Assembly: GCF_009914755.1 (NCBI RefSeq)
Contig: NC_060938.1
Reading direction: 5' to 3' (one strand)
Source of the DNA: the human T2T-CHM13v2.0 reference genome, Homo sapiens
DNA length: 64,000 nucleotides
Made by a program: the position numbers and the translations under genes. The notes under the pieces are model-generated. The model made no database searches and was not told the DNA's origin. It was given only the letters and a program-made list of their open reading frames with translations. Shown here piece by piece: positions 28,409 through 41,935 of the stretch. Every line of letters begins with the position of its first letter. The stretch's first letter is position 1.

Positions 28409-29709
28409 AATTATTTAATATTTTTAATATAGACACCACTTTCCCACAGCTGGGCCCACTTTTCAGGAAACATGCTAGATCTTAGTGGCAAATATAGAGG
28501 CAGAGATCTAGCTGATGATGCCACCTGGGCCTGCTTCCAATTGGTCTTCTTATTTCCTTAATTCTGGGCACTTCTGTTCAGTCACCCACACTTTTACTAG
28601 TCAATTCCTTCTCCACATCCAGATCCGAATAACCTGTGCTCACTTGCAAACTCTCACTTGTCAACGGTTCTGTACCTGTCCTGAATCGAGTCCAGAGAAT
28701 CACCTGTGCTGGTCTCCTTCTAAGAAAGAAATGGTCTCCCTGCCTGCTGGCCATGTTTCTAGTTCCCCTGAATTCCATTCCTCCCAGATTACTGCCTAGT
28801 CATCTGCCCTTTGGAAGGTAGACTTTGCATTAAAATTCATTTTACATTAGACTGTCTGATATCACACCTGGTAACCCTAAGAATCCTCCAGATCCTTTAA
28901 AATATGCAATTAAGAGTGAAATCTACACTTTTGGTCACTTTTTATTTGAACATATAAAATGCACTTTTGTCGCTCAGAACAGCCTTTAAACAGTGCAGTT
29001 TTCTCATAATGGCAGCCAGCAGGGGACAGGCCTTTACCATTTAAAGAGCACCAGGCACTGTTAGGCACTTCACATGTTCTTCCCTTCAAGTATCCCAGCA
29101 ACCCTATAGGTGAGTAGTAATATCCCCATCTTACAGATGGTGAAATAGATTAAGTAACTGTCCGCAGTTGCACAGCTGCTCAGATCACATTTGAAATACC
29201 TTGTCTAGTTCCTAGAGTCACTGTAAGCCAAGGGATAAGTTAGTTCAGGAAGGTTTTCAAACTAGCAGATGCCAAGAAGAGATAGACATGCAAGCCATTT
29301 ATTGGGGGAAATACCTGTGAACGTTGAATGAGAGAGCAAAAACAGGTTGGGAGAGCCATCAGACAAGGACGCAGGTATGGTATATGTAAAAGGAGAGAGG
29401 GGGAGAATGATTGGGTAGCACTACAGCACCATTCTGAGAAAGTCTCTGCTAAGTGGATGGGGTGTTCCTCCTTTGATGCTCTTGGAGGAATCTCACATCG
29501 GTCAGGGATGGCCCAGCCCTAGTACGCATGCTGTGCTCCGTCACTGGCTAAAGGCAGCCCAAAGGAGGCATGGCCTTGACATGAAAACTATGGTTAACCC
29601 AAAGGGCAGCAGCTGGAGCTGGCTACCACCCAGTGGCAGACTCTCTGGGAGGAGAGCTGAGCAGTGCACCTCCATGCCACAGAGAGAACAAAAATTTAAA
29701 GAAAGCATA

Positions 29710-30009
29710 GGCTGGGCACAGTGGCTCATGCCCGTAATCCCAGCACTTTGGGAGGCCGAGGTGGGCGGATCGCTTGAGCTCAGCAGTTTGAGACCAGCTG
29801 GACAACATGGCAAAACCCTTCTCTACAAAAAAAGAAAAAAAAAAAAAAAGTTAGGCAGGCATGGTGGTGTATGTGCCTGTGGTTCCAGCTACTCTGGCGG
29901 CTGAGGTGGGAAGACAGCATTGAGCCTGGGAGGTTGACGCAACAGTGAGCTGTGATTGCACCACTGCATTCCAACCTGAGTGACAGCGAGACTCTGTCTT
30001 CTCAAAAAA
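29710..30009 (+). mobile_element. Alu (AluJ-like)
   Basis: Diverged dimer with aaagca TSD. Confidence 0.88.
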
Positions 30010-30020
30010 GCAATGGCCAA

Positions 30021-30114
30021 TTCAGCATCATCTAAATAGTCACACGGAGGATGTGAGACCAGTGGCTTCAGCATCATCTAAATAGTCAATACAGATGGAT
30101 GTGAGACCAGTGGC
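30021..30114. repeat. Tandem duplication of about 46-48 bp, 2 copies
   Basis: ttcagcatcatctaaatagtca...ggatgtgagaccagtggc occurs twice. Confidence 0.92.
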
Positions 30115-31389
30115 TTTCAGTATTCTGAATGTCACAAGTCAGAAAGACCAGAAGACCAGTTAAAGTCACCAAGGTTTTATTTTTATTTTTCCAAGTAAGG
30201 ACATTAAACAGTTAAATACCACTTATCATCACCACAATGTAATAGAAGATACTTTAATACTTCCCAAAACAGGAAGAGCAGAATCTTAGCATAAAGTCCT
30301 TTAAGTTGAATAGATTTAGAACAATGAAAAAGCATTGTTCTTACTAGTCTTGTTTTGCTGCAGTTTAGGTAAAAACACCCTCATGAGCTGGGTACCAGTC
30401 CATGGACTGGGTCTCAAAACTGTTCAAGGGCATTTAATTATAGGATGGGGATAGACCTGGGCTCTTCTAAGATATTTTCCAGCCCTGAGACTCATTCATT
30501 CAATTCATAAGTATATACTGTGCACTTCTACATGACAGGTCCTATGAACATATTGAGGATCCTAGGAATAAATAAGGTGCTTGTAATAAGGGTGTAAAAT
30601 CTGGTAAGGGGAGAAAGATAATAAGGAGATAAGCGAATGAATAAGCAACATCATTTCTGTTTGTGGTAAGTGCTCCCATAAGGAAGGGGCCACCACTTTA
30701 GATAGTGTGGTCTAAAAAGCCTTCTTTAAGCAGGTGGCATTTGAGCTAAAACCTGAGGGAGTCAGCTTTTTGAGGCTCTGGGTGAGGAGTAGGAGAGACA
30801 CAATTCTCCAGGAATATCAGTGGAAAGGCCTGGAGAAGGGAATGAGCTGGATGCGCCTGAGGAACTGAATGCAGGCCAGGGTGGGGGCCGGGGGCCCTGT
30901 AGCCGGCTAGGGAGGCAAGGCGTGTTCCTAGTGTCCAGCTCAGAACCCACTCTACTGCTCCAAAAACCTGACTTCGCCAACAGACACTTCTCTTCGTCTA
31001 AATATGCCGTAGAAGTCCAAAGGACAGTAGAGTGTGAAATTGCTTGGAAAGAAAGGGATGTCTGGGTATTTTCCCAGAAATCCCCAAAGGGACACATTTA
31101 CCTTAGCAAATTCGCCAGGGTCCTCCTTTGTGCAGAGGGAAAAAAAAAGGATCAGGCCAATTAGGACATCTTTCAGGAGCTGACATACATTCAGCAAGCT
31201 TATGAGATTGTTGCATGCATCCAACATGAAAGAGAATTAATTTACAGCGAGAATTCTACTGAGGGCACCCAAATCTTGCACACGCCTGCCAGCACATTTT
31301 CTTCCTGTAAGTACTCCATATGGGATGACATCTTCTAATCAGGCTTTTGGGATTGGAATATGGGGACTAGGATGCCTTAAAGATGGGCC

Positions 31390-31547
31390 CAACGTGGTGG
31401 CTGGCGCCTGTAATCCCAGCTACTCTGGAGGCTGAGGCAGAGAATTGCTTGAACCCGAGAGGCGGAGGTTGTAGTGAGCTAAGATCGCGCCACCACACTC
31501 TAGGCTGGGCGACAAAGTGAGACTCCATCTCAAAAAAAAAAAAAAAA
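31390..31547 (+). mobile_element. 5'-truncated Alu (right arm only)
   Basis: Right-arm sequence plus A tail, with TSD aaagatgggcc on both sides. Confidence 0.88.
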
Positions 31548-31899
31548 GATGGGCCTGAGTGGCACCGAGATGACTGGGATGCTGTCTTTCATCTAGAGAG
31601 GGCTTGTGTGGACACTGAATGGGCATTCCCTTTTCACTCCATCTGTTTGTAGCTGCCCCTGTTGCTTCTCTGGGCCATTCTTTCAGATGGCTTTGCATAA
31701 TTGTGCTCTGATGTTTCCCAAGTTGTCTGATGTCAAGAATCACCAGGGTCTCTTGATAAAAATACAGACCTCCATGCCCACTCCCAGAAGATTCTGTTTA
31801 GGAGGATTTTGTGAGGTCTGCAAATATGAGTGACTTCCATGAGCAGTCCAGGTGATTCTTATCAAGTGTATTTAGGAAACTCTGCATTCACTTTTCATT

Positions 31900-32215
31900 T
31901 TTTAATTTCATTTATTTATTTATTTTATTTTTTGAGACAGAGTCTGGCTCTGTCACCCAGGCTGGAGTGCAATGGTGCAATCTCAGCTCACTGCAACCTC
32001 TGCCCCAAGGGTTCACGTGATCCTCCCACCTAAGCCTCCCAAGTAGCTGGGATTACAGGCGTGTGCCACCATGCCCAGCTAATTTTTGTATTTTTAATAG
32101 AGACAAGGTTTTGCTATGTTGGCCAGGCTGGTCTCGGACTCCTGACCTCAAGTGATCTGCCCATTTTGGCCTCCCAAAGTGTTGGGATTACAGGCGTGAG
32201 CCACCGCACTCGGCC
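31900..32215 (-). mobile_element. Alu
   Basis: Full dimer with TSD ctgcattca. Confidence 0.9.
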
Positions 32216-32475
32216 TGCATTCAGTTTTTAAACAGTGTTTTCTAAACTTGCTGAATCATACAATTGCCTAGAACATTTGCTGCATATTGCAGATGCTCAG
32301 CCCCAGCCCAAGTGAATCAAAATCACCAAGCCAGGGGCCTGGGAATCTGTATGTTTAGTGAATGCTCAAGGTGCATCTTGTAACAAAGAGGTTTGGTAAA
32401 CACTGTAATTGAGACTCACCTGGAACCTTTAGAAATATCCATTCACTGTAACTGCAGAGTAACTCAGGGATCTGA

Positions 32476-32777
32476 TTTTTTTTTTTTTTTTTTTGAGTCA
32501 GAGTCTCGCTCTACCACCCAGGCTGGAGTGCAGTGGTATGCTCAGGGCTCACTGCAGCCTTGACTTCCCAGGCTCAAGCCAGTCTTCTGCCTCAGCCCCC
32601 AAAGTAGCTGGGACTACAGGCATGCACCACCATGCCCAGCTAAAATTTTTTTTTGAATTTTAATAGAGATGAGAGCTCACTATTGCCCAGGCTGGTCTTG
32701 AACTCCTGAGCTCAAGCAATCCTCCCTCCTCCGCCTCCCAAAGTGTTGGGATTGCAGGTGTGAGCCACCATGCCCAG
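32476..32777 (-). mobile_element. Alu (AluJ-like) in a MER5-like element
   Basis: Full dimer with TSD cagggatctg. Confidence 0.88.
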
Positions 32778-33050
32778 CAGGGATCTGCATTTTTAATAAG
32801 AGCCCAGGTGATTGTGATGCTCAAGTTTCGTGAACCCCTTTGAGAAACACTGCATTAAACTCTGATGTTGCTACAATTCATGTCTTTGTTCTTAATGCCA
32901 AAGCACTGACAGTATTTACTAAGAACGTGCACATCCCCTTGTGTTTGCAAATGTTGTTCACAACCCTCTGTGTCTGTGTTTTAAAACTTTCTACTTAACT
33001 CTGTTTTTTAACTTTCTATTAAGAAAAATCTCAAACACACAGAAAATTTA

Positions 33051-33432
<382 letters not shown>

Positions 33433-33866
33433 CTATGTGTTTATGTATGTGTTTTTTGCTGAATTATTTATAAGTAAGTTGCAAACATCTTGACCACTTA
33501 CCCAGACACCTCAGCATGATCATCTTTTTAAAAATGAAATGAAACGGTACTCTGCTTCATAACCACAATACCATGGTCACACCTAACAAAACTAATAATC
33601 ATTCCCCAATATCAGCTAATTTCCAGCTTATGTTCAATATTTCCCCAATTATCCCCCAAATGTCTTTTATAGCTATTTTTTCAAACCTCAATGGATGAAG
33701 GGTCATACATTGCTTATGACCGTCGTGTGCCCTATGTCTCTTTTAATCTGGAGCAGTCCTGCCATTTTTTTCCAGGCCAGTTATCTTGGAGAATGTCTCT
33801 CTTTCTGGATTTGTCTGATTGTTTCATTATGGGGTTGCATTACCCTTAAACAAAAAAACATAATGC

Positions 33867-33922
33867 TGTGTGTGTGTGTGTGTCCTCCTCCCATTCCATA
33901 CAAATATATATATGTGTGTGTG

Positions 33923-33978
<56 letters not shown>

Positions 33979-34020
33979 ATATACAAAGTTTATATATATA
34001 TACACAGAGAGAGAGAGAGA
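33867..34020. repeat. Compound microsatellite (TG)n/(TA)23/(GA)n
   Basis: Pure TA run at 33927-33972. Confidence 0.95.
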
Positions 34021-34564
34021 CAGGTTTTCTCCTTCCCACCCAACATGCTCTCTTTTTTCCTCTCAATCACAGCTAATAATACTATATATTGAATACTTGC
34101 TACATGCCTGGTACTGTTTTAAGAAATCAAGTGTATTATTTGTTTACTCCTCATAATAACAACGAGGTAGGTTTGTTATCAGTAACACTAAACCATAGAG
34201 TGGGAGTGGCGTGAGAAAGGTCACAGGGCTGGTAAATGATGGAGCACTAGGCTTGAAGACTCAGGACTCTTGCTCTAGAGCCAGCCTTCTTAAACCACAA
34301 AAATACAATTATACTAAAGACACTTTTAAAACGTATCTTTCTAGGCCAATACATGTAAACTCGAATCATTCCTTTTTATCTCCAATAATTTATTATAAAC
34401 ATTTTCAAACATACAGAAAATTTGGAAGAATTAAACAGTGAGCACCTATATCCTCACCACCTATATACTACAATTAACATTTTGCTGTATTTGTTTTTTA
34501 TCACGTTATCTATTTCTCTATCCATCAGTCTATTATATTTTGATGCATTTTACTCAAGTATAAC

Positions 34565-34850
<286 letters not shown>

Positions 34851-37800
34851 AGTAGAACTTATTTTAAAAAATAAGTGCATAAGGCTGGGTGAGGTGGCTC
34901 ACGCTTATAATCTCAGCACTTTGAGAGGATCGCTTGAGCCCAGGAGTTTTGAGACCAGCCTGAGCAACATAGTGAACCCTGTCTCTAAAATATATATATA
35001 TTTTTTAAAAAGGGCATAAAGTTCGCAGTATGGCAGTTTAATACTTTATTTGCTCATTGCCCTGCAGATAGATATTCTAGCATTTTGCTATTACAAACTG
35101 CTAAAATTAACATTTTTGTATTTATACTTATATTTTAGTATACTTTATCTTATAGCAATGGTGCTTTTACTTCAGTGGGGTAGAGTCCTAAAAATTGCAT
35201 TCTCAGGTAATCTGAAAAAGGATACATAATAGCTCATTCAGTAGATGCGGTTACTGGAGGATCACTTTCCACTAGCGTACAGCAAAGTCTGGGAAGACCT
35301 GCATTTCCTTCCCTTGTTTTACTTATAACTGCTAGAAGAAATATGAACTTAAGATACACGAACACGGAGTCCTCAGGATGCTTTCTTGATACAAACAATA
35401 TCTAGATATCCTGGTCCCCATAGGGTGTCCTAAATGTTTAAAATTTTGCCTATCTGTGTTGAAACTATTTATCCAATGAACACCAGCTCAAAAGGCAACA
35501 GAGCCACAGTGTCTTCCTTAATTTTCTAGCAGAATTGCTACCTCTTCTTATCTCTCTCAACACTGTGTTGCCTCCCCTCAGACCCACTTCACATTGTACG
35601 TTTTTGTGAAGTGTGGGTGTGTGCACGCACGTGCCAAGAACATAATTTATGCTACACACTGGAGGTTGAAGAGAGCATGGTTCTTCTTCTACCTTTGTCT
35701 CTTCTAATTGCCTAGCACAGTGATTTATACTCAACAAATACTTTCTGTGAATGAATCAGTGAATGAAATGTAGAAGAGACGTGCAGAAGGGCAGACAGTG
35801 GCCGAATCCTGGAGTCTTTGTATGCCAGCCCAAATAGTCTGGAATGTATTCAGTGTCTATTCAGAAACCACAGAAAATGTCTGAGCTAGAGAGTGGAGAG
35901 ATCAGAAGTGAGGAAGGGAGACCCACTACTGAGTCTAGGATAAGACCTAGGTAGGAAGTGATACAGGCTCAAACAATTCTTGGGAGTTATAGACCTAAAT
36001 TTTATAGTAGAGTTTCTTTAGTTTCTTTTAAAATTAAGTTTTAGACAGTAGGCCTGAACTCACGTAGTGTTTTGGTTTTAGTTTTCTTACTCACAGTAGA
36101 AAAGTTAGAAAATATGGAGAAACAAGACAACAATACTCAGAAATCCTATCATGCAGAGAAGATCACCATTAGTTACCATTTTGGTGTAAATCTTTTCACA
36201 CATTTTCCTATGGCATATATATGCATTTAAAATGTGTAATGAATATATGAAATTTTATTTATATATTTTCTTGCTATATAATATAATCATATATATGTTT
36301 GCTATATGGGCTTTTGTGTTAGATAAAAAATACCAAATGTCTTAATATTTTATCTTGAGGACTTGGCCCAGAACAAGTATTCAATATATATTTATCAAAT
36401 GATTAAATGAATGGCAATTATCCATTGTCATTTACCTTTATGTAGAGATTTTAATACTTTTGCTCATTTATAAAGCAAATAATTAAAGCTTACAGCTCTG
36501 TTTTTATATCTAATGCATTTCTTTTGTTTTAGATTATTCTAGAAGAAATATAAATTTAAAATAAACATGAAATCTCTGGGATTTCTTATTTATGCAAATA
36601 ATACCCAGGCATCCTCTTAAACAGTGATTTATAAATATGTCAATGATTTATCTAGAATTAGTAATCTTTGGAACATCTGAACATTTTAATTATTTGATCA
36701 AAAGTATTATTCACTCAGAAAACAATTTCTTCCCTTCCCAGATTCTAAGGAGGAGAAAAGCAAAATAATGTTGGGAATGTTAATTCATGATAATCTGATC
36801 TGTGTTTTATTCATATAAAGTATCTCTTGGTTAGTACCCCATCGTGTATTCAGTGCCTGTACTTGGTACTCAGAATACTCAGGGTACTTATTGCCTAACC
36901 CAGTGCCTGGCACAAGGTGACACAATAAGTATTTTTCAAATGAATAAATAGGAATACAGTGAACATAGACATAGTAATATCTCTTCTAATGAAAGGATAT
37001 TTTCATTCATTTTTCAAGTGATGTGACTATATAGTAAGTGTTAGGCACTTCTTATTTATCAATAATACTGGGTCCAGGTTGACATAGGAAAAATCCACAC
37101 TTAATACAATACCTTATATTTAATGAATGTATTTTTTTTTTCCTTTAGAGTGATGACTTCACTCTGGGGAAGAGTGAGGCCACATCCCTGGGTTTTATTT
37201 ATACTCCCTTTCCTTTGCCCAGAGGAAAGGAATTGTTAACACACAAATACAAGAGTACTGACAGCTCATGTCATGCTCAACTTTATATGTCTTAGAGTGT
37301 CCTGAACAGTAAGAATTCAAAAATGAGATAAATCAATGTCTTTTCCTAGGTCAAAGGCTGGTGTAAGAACTACACTTTTCCAGTAGATGGCAGTATTTTC
37401 ATTCACCAGCTTAAGTTTTGTTTTTTTTTGTTGTTGTTTTGTTTTTAGTTTTACTATACCTTTAGTAAGCTGCAGGTGAAAATACATGTTAATGAAATTT
37501 CTGGTTTTTTCACTTTCTTTTAAAAAAAATTCACTCTTGGGAGCTTCCAAAAGCCCTAGAACGACATCTGCTTTGCCTACAATTTATAGCAAGGTATATA
37601 CCGAAGTAGACCATACTCTCTAATCCTCCCTATTTCCTGATATAAGTTATTACTAAGAATTAGCTAATTCATAGTAATCTCTTGGAGAAAATCTATCAAG
37701 CCTTTCTGCCTCTACAGTAACAAAACAAAACAAAAATAAAACACTGACTTCAGGTTTCCTGTTTTCTAAATAGGGCAAAATATTCATTAAATTAAGCGGA

Positions 37801-39279
37801 TACCTCACCTGTCTGGTTAATAATTAACTTTTAAAAAATCCACATTTTTGCAGCTCGACCTCGACAAGACCTTTCAAAAACCCTAACAGATGGTTAGGTG
37901 CTATCACGTGTCTGAAACGAACTATACGCTGCAGAAACTAAATTTGAGGAGGAAGGGAAGAAAGCATTTAAATTCCAGGGACATATGCCGGAGTTGGAAA
38001 ACAAAAGTGTTAATTAGTGGAATAATATCTCAGATACTTTCTCTTCAAAACAGTGGATTAGCAGGAGTAGGAAAGGCTGGGTCTGAAACACGCGTTTCAC
38101 TGCCTTCTCAGAATTACTCCCGTATAAACAAAGCCTCAAGTTGCTGGAGGGAGCAGTGTTTCCTCTGAAATCACGGAGATAGCCCAGATTTAGTCATCCA
38201 GTCCTTCTTGCGAATATTCAACCCATATCAGGAGGTACAGAGGTTTTTAGGGTTTAGGGTATTTTTAACCAAACCTTTACTTTCAAGACTAGCAGAGGCA
38301 CTTTCGCAGCCCACCCTGCGCCACTCAGCCTCTGCGCTGCGCCCTCCTCGCCTCTCGCGCGGCAAGGACCTGAAGCCCCGGTGTGGCCGCGGCCCTGCGC
38401 ACTCTCCAGATCCAGGTGAAGGTTGCGAGGCCTGGCGACGCCTAAGTGCTGACAGGTGGCCTCGCCCCGCCTCTTTGTCGCCCAGGGCGGCGCTCGCCTC
38501 CGCTCCAGGCCAGAAGCCGCAGCCCGCGCGCCAGGCACAGCTCCCCCGACCGGTCTCAGGAGTTCGGCCACCTCCCCGGGGAAGAGTGGGACTCAGCCAG
38601 GCGCCGGGCCGGCCTCTAGGAGCCTGCGCCAGAGCAAAGGGCATCCGGCACCCGACCCGGGCCAGGCCCTTGGACTAGGGCGGCACGGAACCTAGCGCCT
38701 GGGCAGGTCCAACCCTGCGCACTGCCCCTCAGCCTCGTGAACCCTTCGCCTCCACGACCCCCGGAACCCATCCCAGCAAGTGCGGCAGTGACCTCGGGTC
38801 TCACCGCCCGGGGGCCAAACACCTCGGCCACCCCGGGGCCCCAGAAGGGCCGAGGGTCAGCCGAGCGGACGAACCACATTCCCAAGGACAAGCAGCGGGT
38901 GGCAGCACCGCCCCCGCCCGAGCGCCCTCGGGTCCCTTTCTGCCGGGGCTCCAGTGGCTTGAGTGTCCCGACCCCTCCAGAACACGCAGGCGGCCGCAGG
39001 AAGAAATTCACCCGGACCCGTCCTCTTCCCCGAACTTCTTCGTTCCTCTCGGAGGTTCCTTCTACCCGACCCCTCTGCGCCACCAGCTCCTCCCACTCCG
39101 CTCCCCTCCCCTTTTTCTGGTCCCCACTTAGGAATCCGTCCCCCCGCCCTGCGCCGGGTCCGGGGTTCCTCCCCCCGGCTCCCCCCGCGTGCCGTCGCCG
39201 CCGCCCGGGTTCCTCTCCCCCCGCTCGGGCGCTCCCTGCCAAGCCCATGATGTAATGGTGTATGTTAATCAGTAGCATG

Positions 39280-39506
39280 TGGGGAGCTCCGGCTCGGGCG
39301 GCTCAGTCCTCCGCGAGCCGACACTGGAGGCAGCAGCAGCGGCGGCTGCAGCGGCCCCGACTCGAAGCACCGCACTCTCCCCGCGCCGCCCGCCCCGACG
39401 GCATGGCCCGCGGCCGGCGCTCCGGGCGCCCCCAACCCCGCTGAGAGCCGCCGCGGCCCCGGACCCGCGCAAGGGCCCCCGAGCCGCCGGGATGAGCCGC
39501 GCCGAG
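39280..39506 (+). other. SAMD4A: Probable non-coding first exon of SAMD4A (start approximate)
   Basis: Strong donor GAG|GTGAGC at 39507 inside the CpG island, upstream of the acceptor at 40691. Confidence 0.5.
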
Positions 39507-40691
39507 GTGAGCGCTCCCTCCCTACGGCCCTCGGCGGGGGACCCGCGGGTCACTGGGGGTCCCCTCCCCGGGGGCTTCCCCCTCCGCCCGAGAAGTTCTG
39601 GGAGCCGGAAGCAGCGTGTTGTTGGAAGCTAGCGGCTCCTTGAAGGCTGAGTCGCTGGGTTCTCCTCCCCGCCGGCGGCGGCCACGAGAACCGGGATGGG
39701 ACTGGGGGAACCCCCGCAGCCGAACTTTCTTTGCTGTCGTTGGGGGGCGTGTGCCTGCGGCGCCGATCCGCATTCCCCGCGGGGCCGCCCCGCTGGCCGA
39801 AGGGAGCAGCGCTGCGGACCCCGGCCGTCCCCTCGCGGGGCGTGTGCCCAGCGCTGTGCCGCCCTCGGCCTGCGACGCGCGGGCGAGGCTCCGGGCCGGA
39901 CAGACCAGCCCGTAGGCGGCGGCGGCAGGATGCCTGCCACACACGCGCGCACACACACACGCACACGCGCGCGCACAGTGACCGCTCCGGCCGGAGCAGG
40001 CCCAGGGAGACCTCCCGGGTGGGCTGGTGCGGCGCGGCGCGGGGGAGCCGGGGCTCTGGGTTGCGCCGCCGCCCGCTGGGCGCGGAGCTTTGGGTGGAGA
40101 GAGTTTATTTTTGTCTCGAGCTGCTGCCGCGGCTGCTCACGGCCTAAATCCAGAGGGGCGCCTGGCGGTGGAGATGCTGGCTGTTGCTGTAGATGGAGCT
40201 GCAGCCGCTCGGCTGCTTCTCTGGGAGGAGGAGGAGGAGTAAGAGGAGGAGGAAGGAACTCGGGCTGCCGCTGCCTCCGCCTCTGCTTTGCATTAGCTCC
40301 CACCCCCACCCCCGCGCCCCTTCGCAGCCGCATTGCAAGTTTTCTGCGCGGGGAAGATCTGTTGCTGGTGCTGGCGTTCTTAAGCACGGCGCCCGAGGCC
40401 ACCCCAGGCGGGCCGTGAGGGGAGCACCAGCCGTTGGCAGCGGCAGCAACAGGAAGCCGCGGGGTCTCCTCCCGCACCTGGGAAGCAGGCTTCTCGCTGT
40501 TACCCGGTGGGGAATAGCCCATCTCCCACATCGGGTGCGGAGGGGGCGGAGGGGGCGGCTGGATTTCGGCGAACCCAACCTTCCGCGGGACGCCCCCTCC
40601 CCTGGCCCCAGCACCCTCTGATGCCCTCGTCCCCCCAGGGCGCGCTCCTCCGCTAGCCGAGGTCTCACTGCAGCTCTTTCTCTCCTTCCAG

Positions 40692-41112
40692 TGGTGATCG
40701 CCGCTCGGGAATGCGGGCGTGAAGGGTCCGAGTTGCCGCCCAGCGGGGAGGAGACCCCAGGACGCCGGAAATCACCATCCCAAAGCTGCAAGAAGGGGGG
40801 AGAAAGCATTCTTCATTCAGTTGTGTGCCTTGTGGGGGATTTTTAAAAAGTCGTTTTTTTTTTTAAAGAAACATTTCCGTGCTACTGTCTGTCATCGTCT
40901 CTGGGGAAATCAGCCAGAACCACCGGAACGTAACTGAAACCAGACAAGAGAGGCAGGAGCCCAGGCAGTACCTGCAGCGTCCGGGCACCAGAGCCACCTT
41001 GGAACAGGAACGCGTCTCCGGCCGCGGGGCTGCGGCTCCGCCAAACTTTGGGGCGGGCGGGGCGGGCTGGGGCGCCCAGGGGGCTCTGTAGACCGAGGGC
41101 GGCCCCCTAACC
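40692..41112 (+). other. SAMD4A: SAMD4A 5'UTR part of the first coding exon
   Basis: Strong acceptor ctctttctctccttccAG ending at 40691, continuous with the ATG at 41113. Confidence 0.7.
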
Positions 41113-41308
41113 ATGATGTTTCGCGACCAGGTCGGGGTGCTGGCGGGCTGGTTTAAGGGCTGGAACGAGTGCGAGCAGACTGTTGCGCTGCTGTCGCTGC
41201 TCAAGCGCGTGAGCCAGACCCAGGCCCGCTTCCTCCAGCTCTGCCTGGAGCACTCGCTGGCCGACTGCGCCGAGCTGCACGTCCTCGAACGCGAGGCCAA
41301 CAGCCCCG
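41113..41308 (+). CDS. SAMD4A: SAMD4A (Smaug homolog 1, RNA-binding translational repressor), first coding exon
   Basis: ACCATGATG start. Translates to [65 protein letters not shown], the Smaug N-terminal homology region. CCG|GTAAGT donor at 41309, phase 1. Confidence 0.96.
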
Positions 41309-41884
41309 GTAAGTGTGCGGCGGCCGCCGCCGCCGTCCCGCCTGCCCAACCCCCGCCCCTCCCTCCGCTTCTCTGCCTCGGGCCAGGCCGAGGCCAGTCC
41401 CTGCCAGCCGCGCCGGGACCTGGACGGCGTGGCCCCGAGGCCCTCGGAATCCACCCCCTCCGGGTGTCCCCCCACTACCGCCCCCCACCTACTTACCTCC
41501 GCCGGCCGCTTTGGGATTTTGCCCACTGTGAACTCCGTCAGCCCTTTCCGTGTGGTAGCTACGGTAGCATGAATGATTGATTTTTCTCTCATGCAGTTTC
41601 CTGGGAAATAAGTAAGTCAGGTCACGTAGAGTCTGGATTTTCTGGGTGTGTGTGTTTTTTCCTTCCTCCTCCTTCTTTTGGGCAACGTGGCTCGCTGGAT
41701 TTCAGCAACACATGATAGATGCCCGGGACTGCCCTTCAGAAGCCAAGCTTGGATAAGGCTGTGTGAGGAGTACATGAAAATCCAATTTTATTATTCATTT
41801 TTCCCCACAGATATTCTGGTTTTAGAGCTTCGTCTTCAGAATAATATGCAGGTGACGCTAGAGACTAGTAAAATGACATTTGCA

Positions 41885-41886
<2 letters not shown>

Positions 41887-41932
<46 letters not shown>
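41887..41932. repeat. (AT)23 microsatellite
   Basis: Perfect run. Confidence 0.97.

Positions 41933-41935
<3 letters not shown>

Larger units (their letters stand above)
38300..41550. promoter_or_regulatory. SAMD4A: CpG island and promoter of SAMD4A
   Basis: About 3.2 kb of very high GC and CpG density with many GC boxes, containing the 5' exons of SAMD4A. Confidence 0.93.

Noticed and set aside
33695-34092. ORFs with YIYIYI repeats (also 41648-42034)
   Set aside because: These are translations of (TA)n microsatellites.
40080-40244. Alternative SAMD4A first exon ending at GGA|GTAAGA (40239)
   Set aside because: The donor is plausible but lies within a GGA repeat, and sequence alone is not enough to call it.
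40692-41308. Smaug recognition element (CNGG-loop hairpin) for SAMD4A autoregulation
   Set aside because: CNGG tetramers are frequent in GC-rich sequence and I could not identify a convincing closing stem by eye. A folding scan would be needed.
41309-41580. C-terminal part of the 155-aa ORF starting at 41113
   Set aside because: It is read-through past a consensus GTAAGT donor into the intron, and similarity to Smaug stops at the donor.
38208-41592. Many long overlapping ORFs (up to 300 aa) on both strands
   Set aside because: These are expected from stop-codon scarcity in a CpG island. They are low-complexity Pro/Arg/Gly/Ala sequences with no recognisable domain. Only 41113-41308 is supported.
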